From Rickettsiales bacterium (GTDB lineage: Bacteria; Pseudomonadota; Alphaproteobacteria; Rickettsiales; SXRF01), in assembly GCA_947459535.1 (NCBI GenBank), contig CANHDY010000001.1:4653-68652 (forward strand): DNA of 64,000 nt, read 5' to 3'. The notes under the pieces were generated by a model that saw nothing but the letters and a program-made list of their open reading frames with translations, was not told the DNA's origin and did not search any database. How positions within the stretch are numbered: the stretch's first letter is position 1; every line of letters begins with the position of its first letter. This document shows positions 26,510-36,022 of the stretch, piece by piece. The translations under genes and the position numbers were made by a program.

Positions 26510-27474
26510 CAGTGATGGCTTGCGATCTTGGCAAAGCCGCCGCTTTTCACAAAGCGCGCGCCAAACACCACCGCCGCGACCAGCATGCCTACCATGAAAA
26601 AAATGGACATCAGTAGCATGAAATCGAGCACACCCGGCTTATTGGCAAAATCGATGTAGATAAAGATGAACAGAAACAGCCACACCGCATCAACAAAATG
26701 CCAGTACCACGCAGCAAACTCAAAACCGAGATGTTTTTGCGGAGAGAAATGTCCCTTGTAAGCGCGCACAAGGCACACAGCGAGGAAGATGGTGCCAACA
26801 ATCACATGGAAGCCATGAAAACCAGTCGCCAGATAGAAATTCGTGGCATACACGCCGTCTTTGAAGCCAAACGCGGCATGCGAATATTCATAGGCCTGGC
26901 AGATGGTGAAAATCACGCCCAGAATCACCGTATACCACAGTGCCTGAATGGTTCCTTTCTGGTCATTCTGCAGAATGCACCAGTGCGCCCAGGTAACGGT
27001 CGTGCCGGAAAGCAGCAGAATCAGTGTATTCAGAAATGGCAGATGAAACGGATCAAACGGTACAATGCCAGCCGGCGGCCACACACCATGCGCGATTGCC
27101 CAGATATCGTCCTGCGTCACAGGCAGCTTGGGCAGTGTGCTGGCGTTGAAGAATGACCAGAAAAATGCCGCGAAAAAGAGCAGCTCCGACACGATAAACA
27201 GCACCATGCCAACGCGCAGACCATGGCTCACAGGCGCGGTGTGCGCCTTGTCTACCACTGATTCTTTCACCACATCTCTCCACCAGCCATACATGGTGTA
27301 AAGCGAAAGCGTGAATCCGCCGAGCAACACCACAAACCCGATCTGATGCTTGTGAAACGCGAGCGCCGCGCCGATCGCCAGCGTCATCAGCGATAATGCG
27401 CCAAGTAGCGGCCACGGGCTGGGATTCACCAGATGATACGGATGGGTCTGACCGCTGTGATGATGATGCGCCAT
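26509..27474 (-). CDS. ctaE: cytochrome c oxidase subunit III, with C-terminal extension
   Basis: 'HPYHLVNPSPWP' and 'AAWYWHFVDAVWLFLF'. About 45 extra C-terminal residues include one hydrophobic helix. Confidence 0.9.
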   Translation of the reverse strand: MAHHHHSGQTHPYHLVNPSPWPLLGALSLMTLAIGAALAFHKHQIGFVVLLGGFTLSLYTMYGWWRDVVKESVVDKAHTAPVSHGLRVGMVLFIVSELLFFAAFFWSFFNASTLPKLPVTQDDIWAIAHGVWPPAGIVPFDPFHLPFLNTLILLLSGTTVTWAHWCILQNDQKGTIQALWYTVILGVIFTICQAYEYSHAAFGFKDGVYATNFYLATGFHGFHVIVGTIFLAVCLVRAYKGHFSPQKHLGFEFAAWYWHFVDAVWLFLFIFIYIDFANKPGVLDFMLLMSIFFMVGMLVAAVVFGARFVKSGGFAKIASHH

Positions 27475-27511
27475 AGCAAATAGCTCCTTAGATTCAGTGA
27501 TGTTCTAGCGA

Positions 27512-28027
27512 TTACTTATTAAGAAAAAATGTATAGGACAAGGTAATTGTATTCACGTGCTTGAGGTCAGGATCATCCATGATTTTGGGGTCGATAAAGA
27601 ACGACACTGGCATATCGACTTTCTGGCGCGCCTCAAGGGTTTGCTCTTCAAAGCAGAAACAGGCGATTTTCACAAAATACTGCCCGGCGCGATGCGGCAC
27701 GACATTGTACGTGGCCATGCCAACCAGCGGTTTATCGGTCTTATTTTCCGCGACATAATAGGTCAGGCCGTGCTCCCCTACCCTCACGGTGCGCTTCGCC
27801 TCGCCCGGCTTGAAACCCCACGGCAGATTGAGATCAGTATCCGCATTAAAGGTCACGGTAATAGCGCGGTCATAGACTTTATCCGGAAGCTGCGTGGCGG
27901 TTTGTGTGGTGCCGCCATAGCCGGTGACCTGACAAAACAGACGGTAGAGCGGCACGGATGCATAGGCCATCATGAACATGCCAAGCGCAATCGCGGCGCT
28001 GTTAATCACTAAAGAACGATGTTTCAT
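27512..28027 (-). CDS. ctaG: cytochrome c oxidase assembly protein CtaG/Cox11
   Basis: 'PLYRLFCQVTGYGGT', 'CFCF'. Confidence 0.9.
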   Translation of the reverse strand: MKHRSLVINSAAIALGMFMMAYASVPLYRLFCQVTGYGGTTQTATQLPDKVYDRAITVTFNADTDLNLPWGFKPGEAKRTVRVGEHGLTYYVAENKTDKPLVGMATYNVVPHRAGQYFVKIACFCFEEQTLEARQKVDMPVSFFIDPKIMDDPDLKHVNTITLSYTFFLNK

Positions 28028-28153
28028 AAGTTTTATTGCGGCGACATCTTCATGAGCGTCATACCATAAAACAGCACCATCAATACCAGCAAAATAACCA
28101 GCATGAAGATATTTTTGCGTCGCTGCGTGCGATGCGCGGGACCATGGGGCACG

Positions 28154-28315
28154 TTATTGCTCGGTTTTATTGCGCCGTACGAAATCCAGCACCAGCAGCA
28201 AAAACAGCGTAAACAAGCTGCCGAGCACAAAGCTCGCCCCCATCAGGTAGATCACATTCTGTGAAAACTCCAGCAGCGCTTGGGATTTTTCAGGAGTGAG
28301 AGGAACTTTTTCCAT
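28154..28315 (-). CDS. small single-TM protein between ctaB and ctaG (not in ORF track)
   Basis: My own translation: MEKVPLTPEKSQALLEFSQNVIYLMGASFVLGSLFTLFLLLVLDFVRRNKTEQ*. GGAG lies 8 nt upstream of the start. Confidence 0.45.
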   Translation of the reverse strand: MEKVPLTPEKSQALLEFSQNVIYLMGASFVLGSLFTLFLLLVLDFVRRNKTEQ

Positions 28316-28330
28316 GACGGTAACTCCAGC

Positions 28331-29248
28331 TTACAAAATAATCAGCGGCTGAAACCATAGATGATCTGCCACCAATATCGAGAATAACATAAACAGATAT
28401 AGGATCGAAAAGCCAAAGGTTTTTTTCGCCCAGCCGTGGGTGGGATCGGTGAGTACGCCATACACATGATAGAGAAAAACCGCGCCAAGCAGCAGCGCCG
28501 ACACCGCATAGAGCACCCCTGAGAAACCCAGCAGCGGCAGCGATAACGTCGTCGCAGCGAGCAGCCAGGTATACAACATCATCATGGTTTTGGTTTTAGC
28601 ATCACCGCACACCACTGGCATCATCGGCACGCCAGCCTTGGTGTAGTCTTCATTTTTATACAGCGCCAGTGCCCAGAAATGCGGCGGCGTCCAGAGAAAA
28701 ATAATAGCGAAAAGAATGATCGGATACAGCGTGACATCGCCCGTCACCGCCGCCCAGCCGATCAGCGGTGGAAACGAACCCGCCGCACCGCCGATCACGA
28801 TATTCTGCGGCGTCGAGCGCTTGAGCCACATGGTGTAGACCACCGCATAAAAGAAGATCGCAAAGGCGAGAATGCCCGCCGCCAGCCAGTTCAGTGCAAG
28901 CCCCATCAGCATAACGGACAGCGCCGCCATAAACAGACCAAGCGCCAGCGCATCATCCGGAGCGATGCGTCCCGCCGCCACTGCGCGATGCTGCGTGCGG
29001 CGCATGATCGCATCGATATCGCGGTCATACCACATGTTGATCGCCGCGCCAGCACCACTGGCCAGCGCAATGCACGCCAGCGCCATCACATATTGAAACG
29101 GATGCAGGCTACCGGGCGCCACCGCCATACCGGCGAAGCCGGTGAAGACGACCAGCGACATCACCCCCGGCTTCATCAGCGAGACATAATCGCGGATGGT
29201 GGAGGTGGTGGATAGAGGAATGGGTGAAAGCTGAGCGGATGAGTGCAT
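28331..29248 (-). CDS. ctaB: heme o synthase (protoheme IX farnesyltransferase)
   Basis: UbiA-type motifs 'NMWYDRDID' and 'LWTPPHFWALA'. Confidence 0.92.
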   Translation of the reverse strand: MHSSAQLSPIPLSTTSTIRDYVSLMKPGVMSLVVFTGFAGMAVAPGSLHPFQYVMALACIALASGAGAAINMWYDRDIDAIMRRTQHRAVAAGRIAPDDALALGLFMAALSVMLMGLALNWLAAGILAFAIFFYAVVYTMWLKRSTPQNIVIGGAAGSFPPLIGWAAVTGDVTLYPIILFAIIFLWTPPHFWALALYKNEDYTKAGVPMMPVVCGDAKTKTMMMLYTWLLAATTLSLPLLGFSGVLYAVSALLLGAVFLYHVYGVLTDPTHGWAKKTFGFSILYLFMLFSILVADHLWFQPLIIL

Positions 29249-29275
29249 GGCAATAGTTATACACCAGCCATTTTT

Positions 29276-30667
29276 CTACGCTACAGAATTTGGTGTAGGG
29301 CTAGTTAAAGCAAGCGACGTTTTTGCAGAAAAGCTTAGATTGTGCATGATGGTATTATCAGCGGATAACTCAACCCCCTTTGAAATTGGCGTTCCGGTCA
29401 CTTCTTTAGCCGCCTCTTTTGCATCATTGTTAGCTTTTTCCTTGGCTTTCCTTACCTGCACTTCTGCATTAAATTCACTAACATTCCTCCGGATGGCTTC
29501 TTCGTCCTTGGCAAAATCCGTCGTATGTGGCGCCGCCATATCCTGGCCACCATAAGCCATGCGCATAAGCCCCTCTGGCGTTTCTGTGATAGCTGTTTTA
29601 CCCCTTATTATGATGTCCTCAGCCGTTACTCCGTTGATGATCGGAACGTAAGCCTCACGAATGCGTCCTTCCGGGGTGATATCGCGCTCTTTTAACCCCG
29701 CAGTCGTGCCCTCAACCACGGCATTACCCTCTTTGGTAATCACATAGGCATGAGGAGATATATGGTGTTTCCAGTTCTTGTCCCACCCCGATTCCGTGAG
29801 TATTTTATTGATGTAAGTTTCATCGATCAGGTACTCGCCATTTCTATGCCGAACCATGCAAATGTTTGAAATCATCATATGGTTGGGCACGCGCGCATCA
29901 TCAAGCAAGATACTCATGATCGGCGCATAATGGCGGCAGACCAGCTCGCCTTTTTGCATTTCGGCGAAATCTACCGGCTTTCCGCCGATAAACTGCCGTT
30001 TGGGATGGTAAACGGCTTCGTACTCTGCCGAATTTGCCTTACTATTCCCAAGCGTGTGGTGGCCATAAGCGCCGTAAGCAGCATAAACATCGGCGACAAT
30101 CAGGTTAGTGATTTTCCTTTCACGCTGATGCACATCCGCAATAAATTCCGGCGATTCTTTGACAGCGTAACGATCGCCATATTCTTTCGCCTTGATGCGT
30201 AGTTCTTTGAGCCTCGGATCGCGTGAAAGATCATATTCCACAAACGGATCAAGCGCTCTCCTCTCCTGATAACCCAGCATCACTTCTGTAGACGTTGCAC
30301 TCTTTACGCTCCCATGCACTTGAGCAGTTTTTGCTAAAACAGCTGAATCTGCTTTATACCAGTAAGCGTCAGGATTTAGCGCGCTATACCCTTCCGGTAT
30401 AGTTTTTGGTTTGAAGCGATTGCCAACTGCTTTGACTACGCCGTGATCGCCAAACACCATGCCGTCTTTTTTGACAAAGTCTCCGATGAGACTACCGGCC
30501 ATCGCCGCAGCCGGAATCGCCAGCCACGCAAGCCAACCCGATGTCATACCGCTGAATAATCCAACAATCGCAAGCCCGGCGCCCACCAAAGCGCCTAAGG
30601 GCGCACCGGTTCCTAATTGCCCGGCAACCTCTGAAATCCCCGTTTCTTCAACCCACGATTTGGCCAT
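29276..30667 (-). CDS. hypothetical protein: N-terminal glycine-zipper TM pair plus transglutaminase-like Cys/His core
   Basis: 'GTGAPLGALVGAGLAIVGLFSGMTSG' near the N-terminus. 'GELVCRHYAP' (C244) and 'PHAYVITKEGNAVVEGT' (H306) further in. More AT-rich than the flanking cta genes. Confidence 0.6.
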   Translation of the reverse strand: MAKSWVEETGISEVAGQLGTGAPLGALVGAGLAIVGLFSGMTSGWLAWLAIPAAAMAGSLIGDFVKKDGMVFGDHGVVKAVGNRFKPKTIPEGYSALNPDAYWYKADSAVLAKTAQVHGSVKSATSTEVMLGYQERRALDPFVEYDLSRDPRLKELRIKAKEYGDRYAVKESPEFIADVHQRERKITNLIVADVYAAYGAYGHHTLGNSKANSAEYEAVYHPKRQFIGGKPVDFAEMQKGELVCRHYAPIMSILLDDARVPNHMMISNICMVRHRNGEYLIDETYINKILTESGWDKNWKHHISPHAYVITKEGNAVVEGTTAGLKERDITPEGRIREAYVPIINGVTAEDIIIRGKTAITETPEGLMRMAYGGQDMAAPHTTDFAKDEEAIRRNVSEFNAEVQVRKAKEKANNDAKEAAKEVTGTPISKGVELSADNTIMHNLSFSAKTSLALTSPTPNSVA

Positions 30668-30718
30668 ACCACACCTGCATTTGTTTAACTATTTTAAGCA
30701 AAAAGACTCAAAATAACA

Positions 30719-30784
30719 AATGACAGTATGGTGACACTTATAAGACAGGATAATGACAGTATGGTGACACTTATAAGACAGGAT
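30719..30784. repeat. perfect 2 x 33-bp tandem repeat
   Basis: aatgacagtatggtgacacttataagacaggat occurs twice. Lies in the AT-rich region upstream of the 463-aa orphan. Confidence 0.95.
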
Positions 30785-30817
30785 AATATAATGATATATA
30801 TATCTTTATTTTACCAA

Positions 30818-30857
30818 CTGGATCCCCGGATCGCGCTTACGCGCGTCCGAGGATGAC
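30818..30857. repeat. half element CTGGAT...GGATGAC
   Basis: ctggatccccggatcgcgcttacgcgcgtccgaggatgac. Confidence 0.7.
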
Positions 30858-30860
30858 AGA

Positions 30861-30889
30861 AATCTAAGCGGCGAATCCGCTAAGATTTA
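30861..30889 (-). terminator. hairpin after ctaD (possible terminator/attenuator, no T-run)
   Basis: aaatctaagcgg-cgaat-ccgctaagattt, a 12-bp stem with one mismatch. Confidence 0.35.
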
Positions 30890-30892
30890 CAG

Positions 30893-32503
<1,611 letters not shown>

Positions 32504-32530
32504 CTAGTTTAAATCTGACTCTGATTAGTG

Positions 32531-33361
32531 TTAGTTCGTTGCTTTGGCTTCGGCCGGCTTGAGTGCTGCCGGGTCGATGCCCGCTTTTTTCTGCTGAGCG
32601 CTCACCCAGCTTGCAAATTCTTCCTTGCTCACCACGCGCACCTCAATCGGCATGAACCCATGACCCACGCCGCACAGCTCCGAGCACTGACCATAGAAGG
32701 TGCCAGTTCTGGTGGCTTTAAACCATGTTTCATTCAGGCGGCCGGGCATGGCGTCGCGCTTCACACCAAAAGCAGGCATCGCCCAGGAATGAATCACATC
32801 CGCACCGGTCAGCAGCACGCGCACCTTGGTGTCTACCGGCACCACCACCGGATTATCCACCGAAAGAAGGCGCACCTGTCCTTCTTTAATGTCCTTATCT
32901 GGAATCATGCGCGACTCGAATTCAAAACCGCCGTGGCTCGGGTACTTATATCCCCAGTACCATTGATAGCCGGTCACTTTCAGATCCATCTCCGCCTGCT
33001 CGGTATCTTCCATAAAGTAATGCACACGCAGGCTGGGGATCGCAATCGCCACCAGGATGATGATCGGCACCACCGTCCAGATAATTTCGAGCTTGGTATT
33101 GTGGGCGGTTTTGCTGGGAACGGGGTTGGCCTTGCGGTTAAACTTCACGATAATAACCACCAGCAGCGCCAGCACAAACAGCGTGATGGCAGTAATGATG
33201 ACCAGCAGCAGGTTGTGATCGGCGTTCAGGCGCTCCATCACCGGCGTCGCGGCCTGCTGGAAGCCAAGCTGCCATGGCTCAGCAAGGCCAATGGTTTCCG
33301 CCATTGCGGGAGCAGAGAAACATGCGACAAGTGAAGCTAAAATAAAGCGAAGCTTAGTCAT
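32531..33361 (-). CDS. ctaC: cytochrome c oxidase subunit II
   Basis: Signal peptide, and the CuA motif 'HSWAMP...CSELCGVGHGFM'. Confidence 0.95.
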   Translation of the reverse strand: MTKLRFILASLVACFSAPAMAETIGLAEPWQLGFQQAATPVMERLNADHNLLLVIITAITLFVLALLVVIIVKFNRKANPVPSKTAHNTKLEIIWTVVPIIILVAIAIPSLRVHYFMEDTEQAEMDLKVTGYQWYWGYKYPSHGGFEFESRMIPDKDIKEGQVRLLSVDNPVVVPVDTKVRVLLTGADVIHSWAMPAFGVKRDAMPGRLNETWFKATRTGTFYGQCSELCGVGHGFMPIEVRVVSKEEFASWVSAQQKKAGIDPAALKPAEAKATN

Positions 33362-33478
33362 GATAACCTTATCAAATGTAATGAAATGAGAGCCAGCGAC
33401 TATGTAACGCGCTTTGTACTTGCTTGCAACCGTTTTTCACGGCAATCTTAGCATATTGCAGCCAATAAATCTAGACTG

Positions 33479-34924
33479 ATGAGTATGAATAGCACCACCC
33501 CGGAATCGCTTTTCTTTTCAGGAACCAGCCTCGACCAGGTTCGGGCGCAGCAGCTAGTCTCGTCCGCCCTTGACGGCATGGATGACGGCGAGCTGTTTTT
33601 GGAATACATCCAGTCGGAATCGCTGGCTTTTGATGATGGCCGCCTGAAAAATGCCAGCTTTAATACCGCGCAGGGCTTTGGGCTTCGCAGCGTACTCGGC
33701 GAGGCCACCGCCTATGCCCACGCCTCGGAAATCAGCGAAGCAGCGCTTGCCCGCGCTGCCCAGACCGTACGCGCCGTGAACCATGGCCAGAAACCCGTTC
33801 ATGCCAGCATGGCGCCCGCCTTTGGCACCAACCGCAAGCTCTACCGCGATATCAACCCGCTGAAGGAAGTGGCGTTTGAGGTGAAAGTAGCGCTGCTGCA
33901 GGAGATTGATGCTTACCTGCGCGGCAAGGATGCGCGTGTGAAGCAGGTTTCCGCCTCCATTTCGGGGCAGTGGCAGGCGGTGCATATTATGAAAGCAGAC
34001 GGCAGCGCCGCAAGCGACATCCGCCCGCTGGTGCGCGTGAATGTCAGCGTGATTGTCGAAGAACATGGCCGCCGCGAATCCGGCTCCAGCGGCGCGGGCG
34101 GCCGCGTGGCTTATGCACAATATATAGGCGAAGGCGGCTGGAAAAAGCTGGCGGATGAAGCGCTGCGGCAAGCGCTGGTGAACCTTGAGTCCATCCCCGC
34201 CCCGGCCGGCGAAATGCCGGTGGTGCTGGGGAATAGCTGGTGCGGCGTTTTGCTGCATGAAGCGATCGGCCACGGGCTGGAAGGTGATTTCAACCGCAAA
34301 GGAACCTCGGCATTTGCCGGGCTTATGGGCAAACAGGTCGCAAGTAAAGGCGTCACCATCGTCGATGATGGCACGATTGTTGATAAGCGCGGCTCGCTCT
34401 CGATTGATGATGAAGGCACCCCAACCTCACGGACCACGCTAATTGAGGATGGCATCCTTGTTGGCTATATTCAGGACAGGCTAAATGCCCGCCTGATGAA
34501 CATGCGCGCCACCGGCAATGGCCGCCGCGAAAGCTTCGCTCACCAGCCCATGCCGCGCATGACCAACACCTATATGTTAAATGGTGAAGGCACACGCGAA
34601 TCGATGATCGCCTCGGTGAAGCGCGGTATTTATGCGGCGCATTTTGGCGGCGGCCAGGTGGATATCACCTCCGGCAAATTCGTGTTTTCTGCTTCCGAAG
34701 CCTACCTGATTGAAAACGGCAAAATCACCGCGCCGCTGAAAGGCGCAACCCTGATTGGCAACGGCCCCGACTGTCTCACCAAAATTCGCGCCATCGGGAA
34801 TGACACGGCGCTGGATGATGGCGTCGGCACCTGCGGCAAAGCCGGCCAGTCTGTGCCCGTCGGCGTCGGCCAGCCCTCCCTTCTCATTGATGCAATGACG
34901 GTGGGTGGGACGGCTGTCGGATGA
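33479..34924 (+). CDS. tldD: metalloprotease TldD
   Basis: 'HEAIGHGLEGD', 'GNGRRESF', 'VGTCGKAGQ'. Confidence 0.92.
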   Translation: MSMNSTTPESLFFSGTSLDQVRAQQLVSSALDGMDDGELFLEYIQSESLAFDDGRLKNASFNTAQGFGLRSVLGEATAYAHASEISEAALARAAQTVRAVNHGQKPVHASMAPAFGTNRKLYRDINPLKEVAFEVKVALLQEIDAYLRGKDARVKQVSASISGQWQAVHIMKADGSAASDIRPLVRVNVSVIVEEHGRRESGSSGAGGRVAYAQYIGEGGWKKLADEALRQALVNLESIPAPAGEMPVVLGNSWCGVLLHEAIGHGLEGDFNRKGTSAFAGLMGKQVASKGVTIVDDGTIVDKRGSLSIDDEGTPTSRTTLIEDGILVGYIQDRLNARLMNMRATGNGRRESFAHQPMPRMTNTYMLNGEGTRESMIASVKRGIYAAHFGGGQVDITSGKFVFSASEAYLIENGKITAPLKGATLIGNGPDCLTKIRAIGNDTALDDGVGTCGKAGQSVPVGVGQPSLLIDAMTVGGTAVG

Positions 34925-35016
34925 CGGCTGACGGCTCACGAAAAAATCAGAAATTCATAGAAAACCTAGTCGATTCCGCCCATTTTCTTACTTGTCATCC
35001 GCCATCCGTCATCCGT
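34909..35016. repeat. CGGATGA/CGGCTGA heptamer arm (34909-34940) and TCATCCG arm (34993-35016), ~52-nt spacer
   Basis: Read directly. Arm 1 overlaps the last tldD codons and the stop codon. Confidence 0.8.
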
Positions 35017-35133
35017 TTATGACAGTTCCATGACAGTTCGGTTACGGAACCGTGAAGATTGCATCCACGGGCGTTTTAGCATTTGTGCTCTGTTTGGTTT
35101 TCGATAAGATGAGTACATAGAGGAACACAAATT

Positions 35134-35319
35134 ATGAGTCTCGATATGCCACACCTTCCCCTTGATCAGCTGACCTTCTCCAATGTGGATAGTGCATTGG
35201 TAGCCGGTGGCACCAACCTTGCTATCAGCCAAGCTTCAGTCGGTGGCGGCATGGATGCAACAACCACTTTTGCACAAAATATTGGCATGGCTCGCCGGGA
35301 TGATGGTTTAGGCATCTAA
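35134..35319 (+). CDS. small hypothetical protein (61 aa), monocistronic
   Basis: GAGGA lies 9-10 nt upstream of the start. Followed by a strong intrinsic terminator at 35341-35370. Confidence 0.5.
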   Translation: MSLDMPHLPLDQLTFSNVDSALVAGGTNLAISQASVGGGMDATTTFAQNIGMARRDDGLGI

Positions 35320-35340
35320 CCTATTCAGCTACATGTAACA

Positions 35341-35370
35341 AAAAAGCGGCCTTCGAGCCGCTTTTTTTGT
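35341..35370 (+). terminator. rho-independent terminator
   Basis: aaaaAGCGGCcttcgaGCCGCTttttttt: GC stem followed by a T-run. Confidence 0.75.
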
Positions 35371-35381
35371 GTTTACGTGCC

Positions 35382-35470
35382 GTCATGCCCGTGAAAACGG
35401 GCATCCAGCGCGCCGCGTCTGCGGCGAAATGGTATTAAGTAGACTGGATTCCCGCTTTCGCGGGAATGAC
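35382..35470. repeat. composite element: GTCATGCCCGTGAAAACGGGCATCCAG - spacer hairpin - CTGGATTCCCGCTTTCGCGGGAATGAC
   Basis: Read directly. The spacer holds the hairpin cgccgc-gtct-gcggcg. Confidence 0.8.
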
Positions 35471-35577
35471 GAAATAAATAACCCTCTCAGAGCACCCAGA
35501 AAACGCTTTTCATTTACATTCCATGCTTTTTCAGTATAGTATCAATCTATTGCGCACAAAACGGGCGATAGACTAGC

Positions 35578-35934
35578 ATGTCCACAAAATGGAGCTCCCA
35601 GATACTCGGTCGCGGCTCGGTCAATTTCGATGACCTGCTGAAGGACGAGTATTCCATTATTCTGCTGCAGGGCAAGAACACCTTCGGCGACATGATCTAT
35701 TGCTACGTGAAAGTGACCCTACCTAATATGCAGAAACTTCAGGCTGCGCTGAAAATGGGGGGCAATTTCAGTCCCAGTGATTTCGGCGAGGTGATCGCTG
35801 CAGCCAAAGGCCAGCCCAGCGCCGAGGTGAAAGCGGAGATCGGCCGGCTTTACCCGATGCTCGACACCCCGCAAGTCATGCATGAGGCCGTTGCCGCAGC
35901 AGCCTCTGAAAAAAAAGCGTGGGATGAATTCTAA
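35578..35934 (+). CDS. hypothetical protein (118 aa)
   Basis: Intact ORF with coding-like composition. No clear SD and no family recognised. Confidence 0.45.
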   Translation: MSTKWSSQILGRGSVNFDDLLKDEYSIILLQGKNTFGDMIYCYVKVTLPNMQKLQAALKMGGNFSPSDFGEVIAAAKGQPSAEVKAEIGRLYPMLDTPQVMHEAVAAAASEKKAWDEF

Positions 35935-35935
35935 T

Positions 35936-36022
35936 CGGATGACGGATGACGGTTGTCGGATGACGAAGCATCTGCTTTAGTGTTTTTTGTCATCTGTCAT
36001 CCGTCATCTGTCATCCGCCACC
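35936..36022. repeat. CGGATGA heptamer arm, loop, GTCATCY heptamer arm
   Basis: cggatga cggatga cggttgt cggatga ... gtcatct gtcatcc gtcatct gtcatcc gccacc, then the lgt ATG. Confidence 0.9.

Noticed and set aside
28033-28230. 65-aa ORF 'MCSAACLRCFCCWCW...' between ctaB and ctaG
   Set aside because: The Cys/Trp-rich N-terminal half looks non-coding and overlaps the better-supported 53-aa ORF (28154-28315), which has a GGAG SD. Only a short C-terminal hydrophobic piece ('MLVILLVLMVLFYGMTLMKMSPQ') might be real, possibly from a GTG near 28152. That is too uncertain to call.
35017-35232. 71-aa minus-strand ORF in the tldD-lgt interval
   Set aside because: It overlaps the better-supported plus-strand 61-aa gene, which has an SD and a terminator. 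It has no SD and has low-complexity composition.
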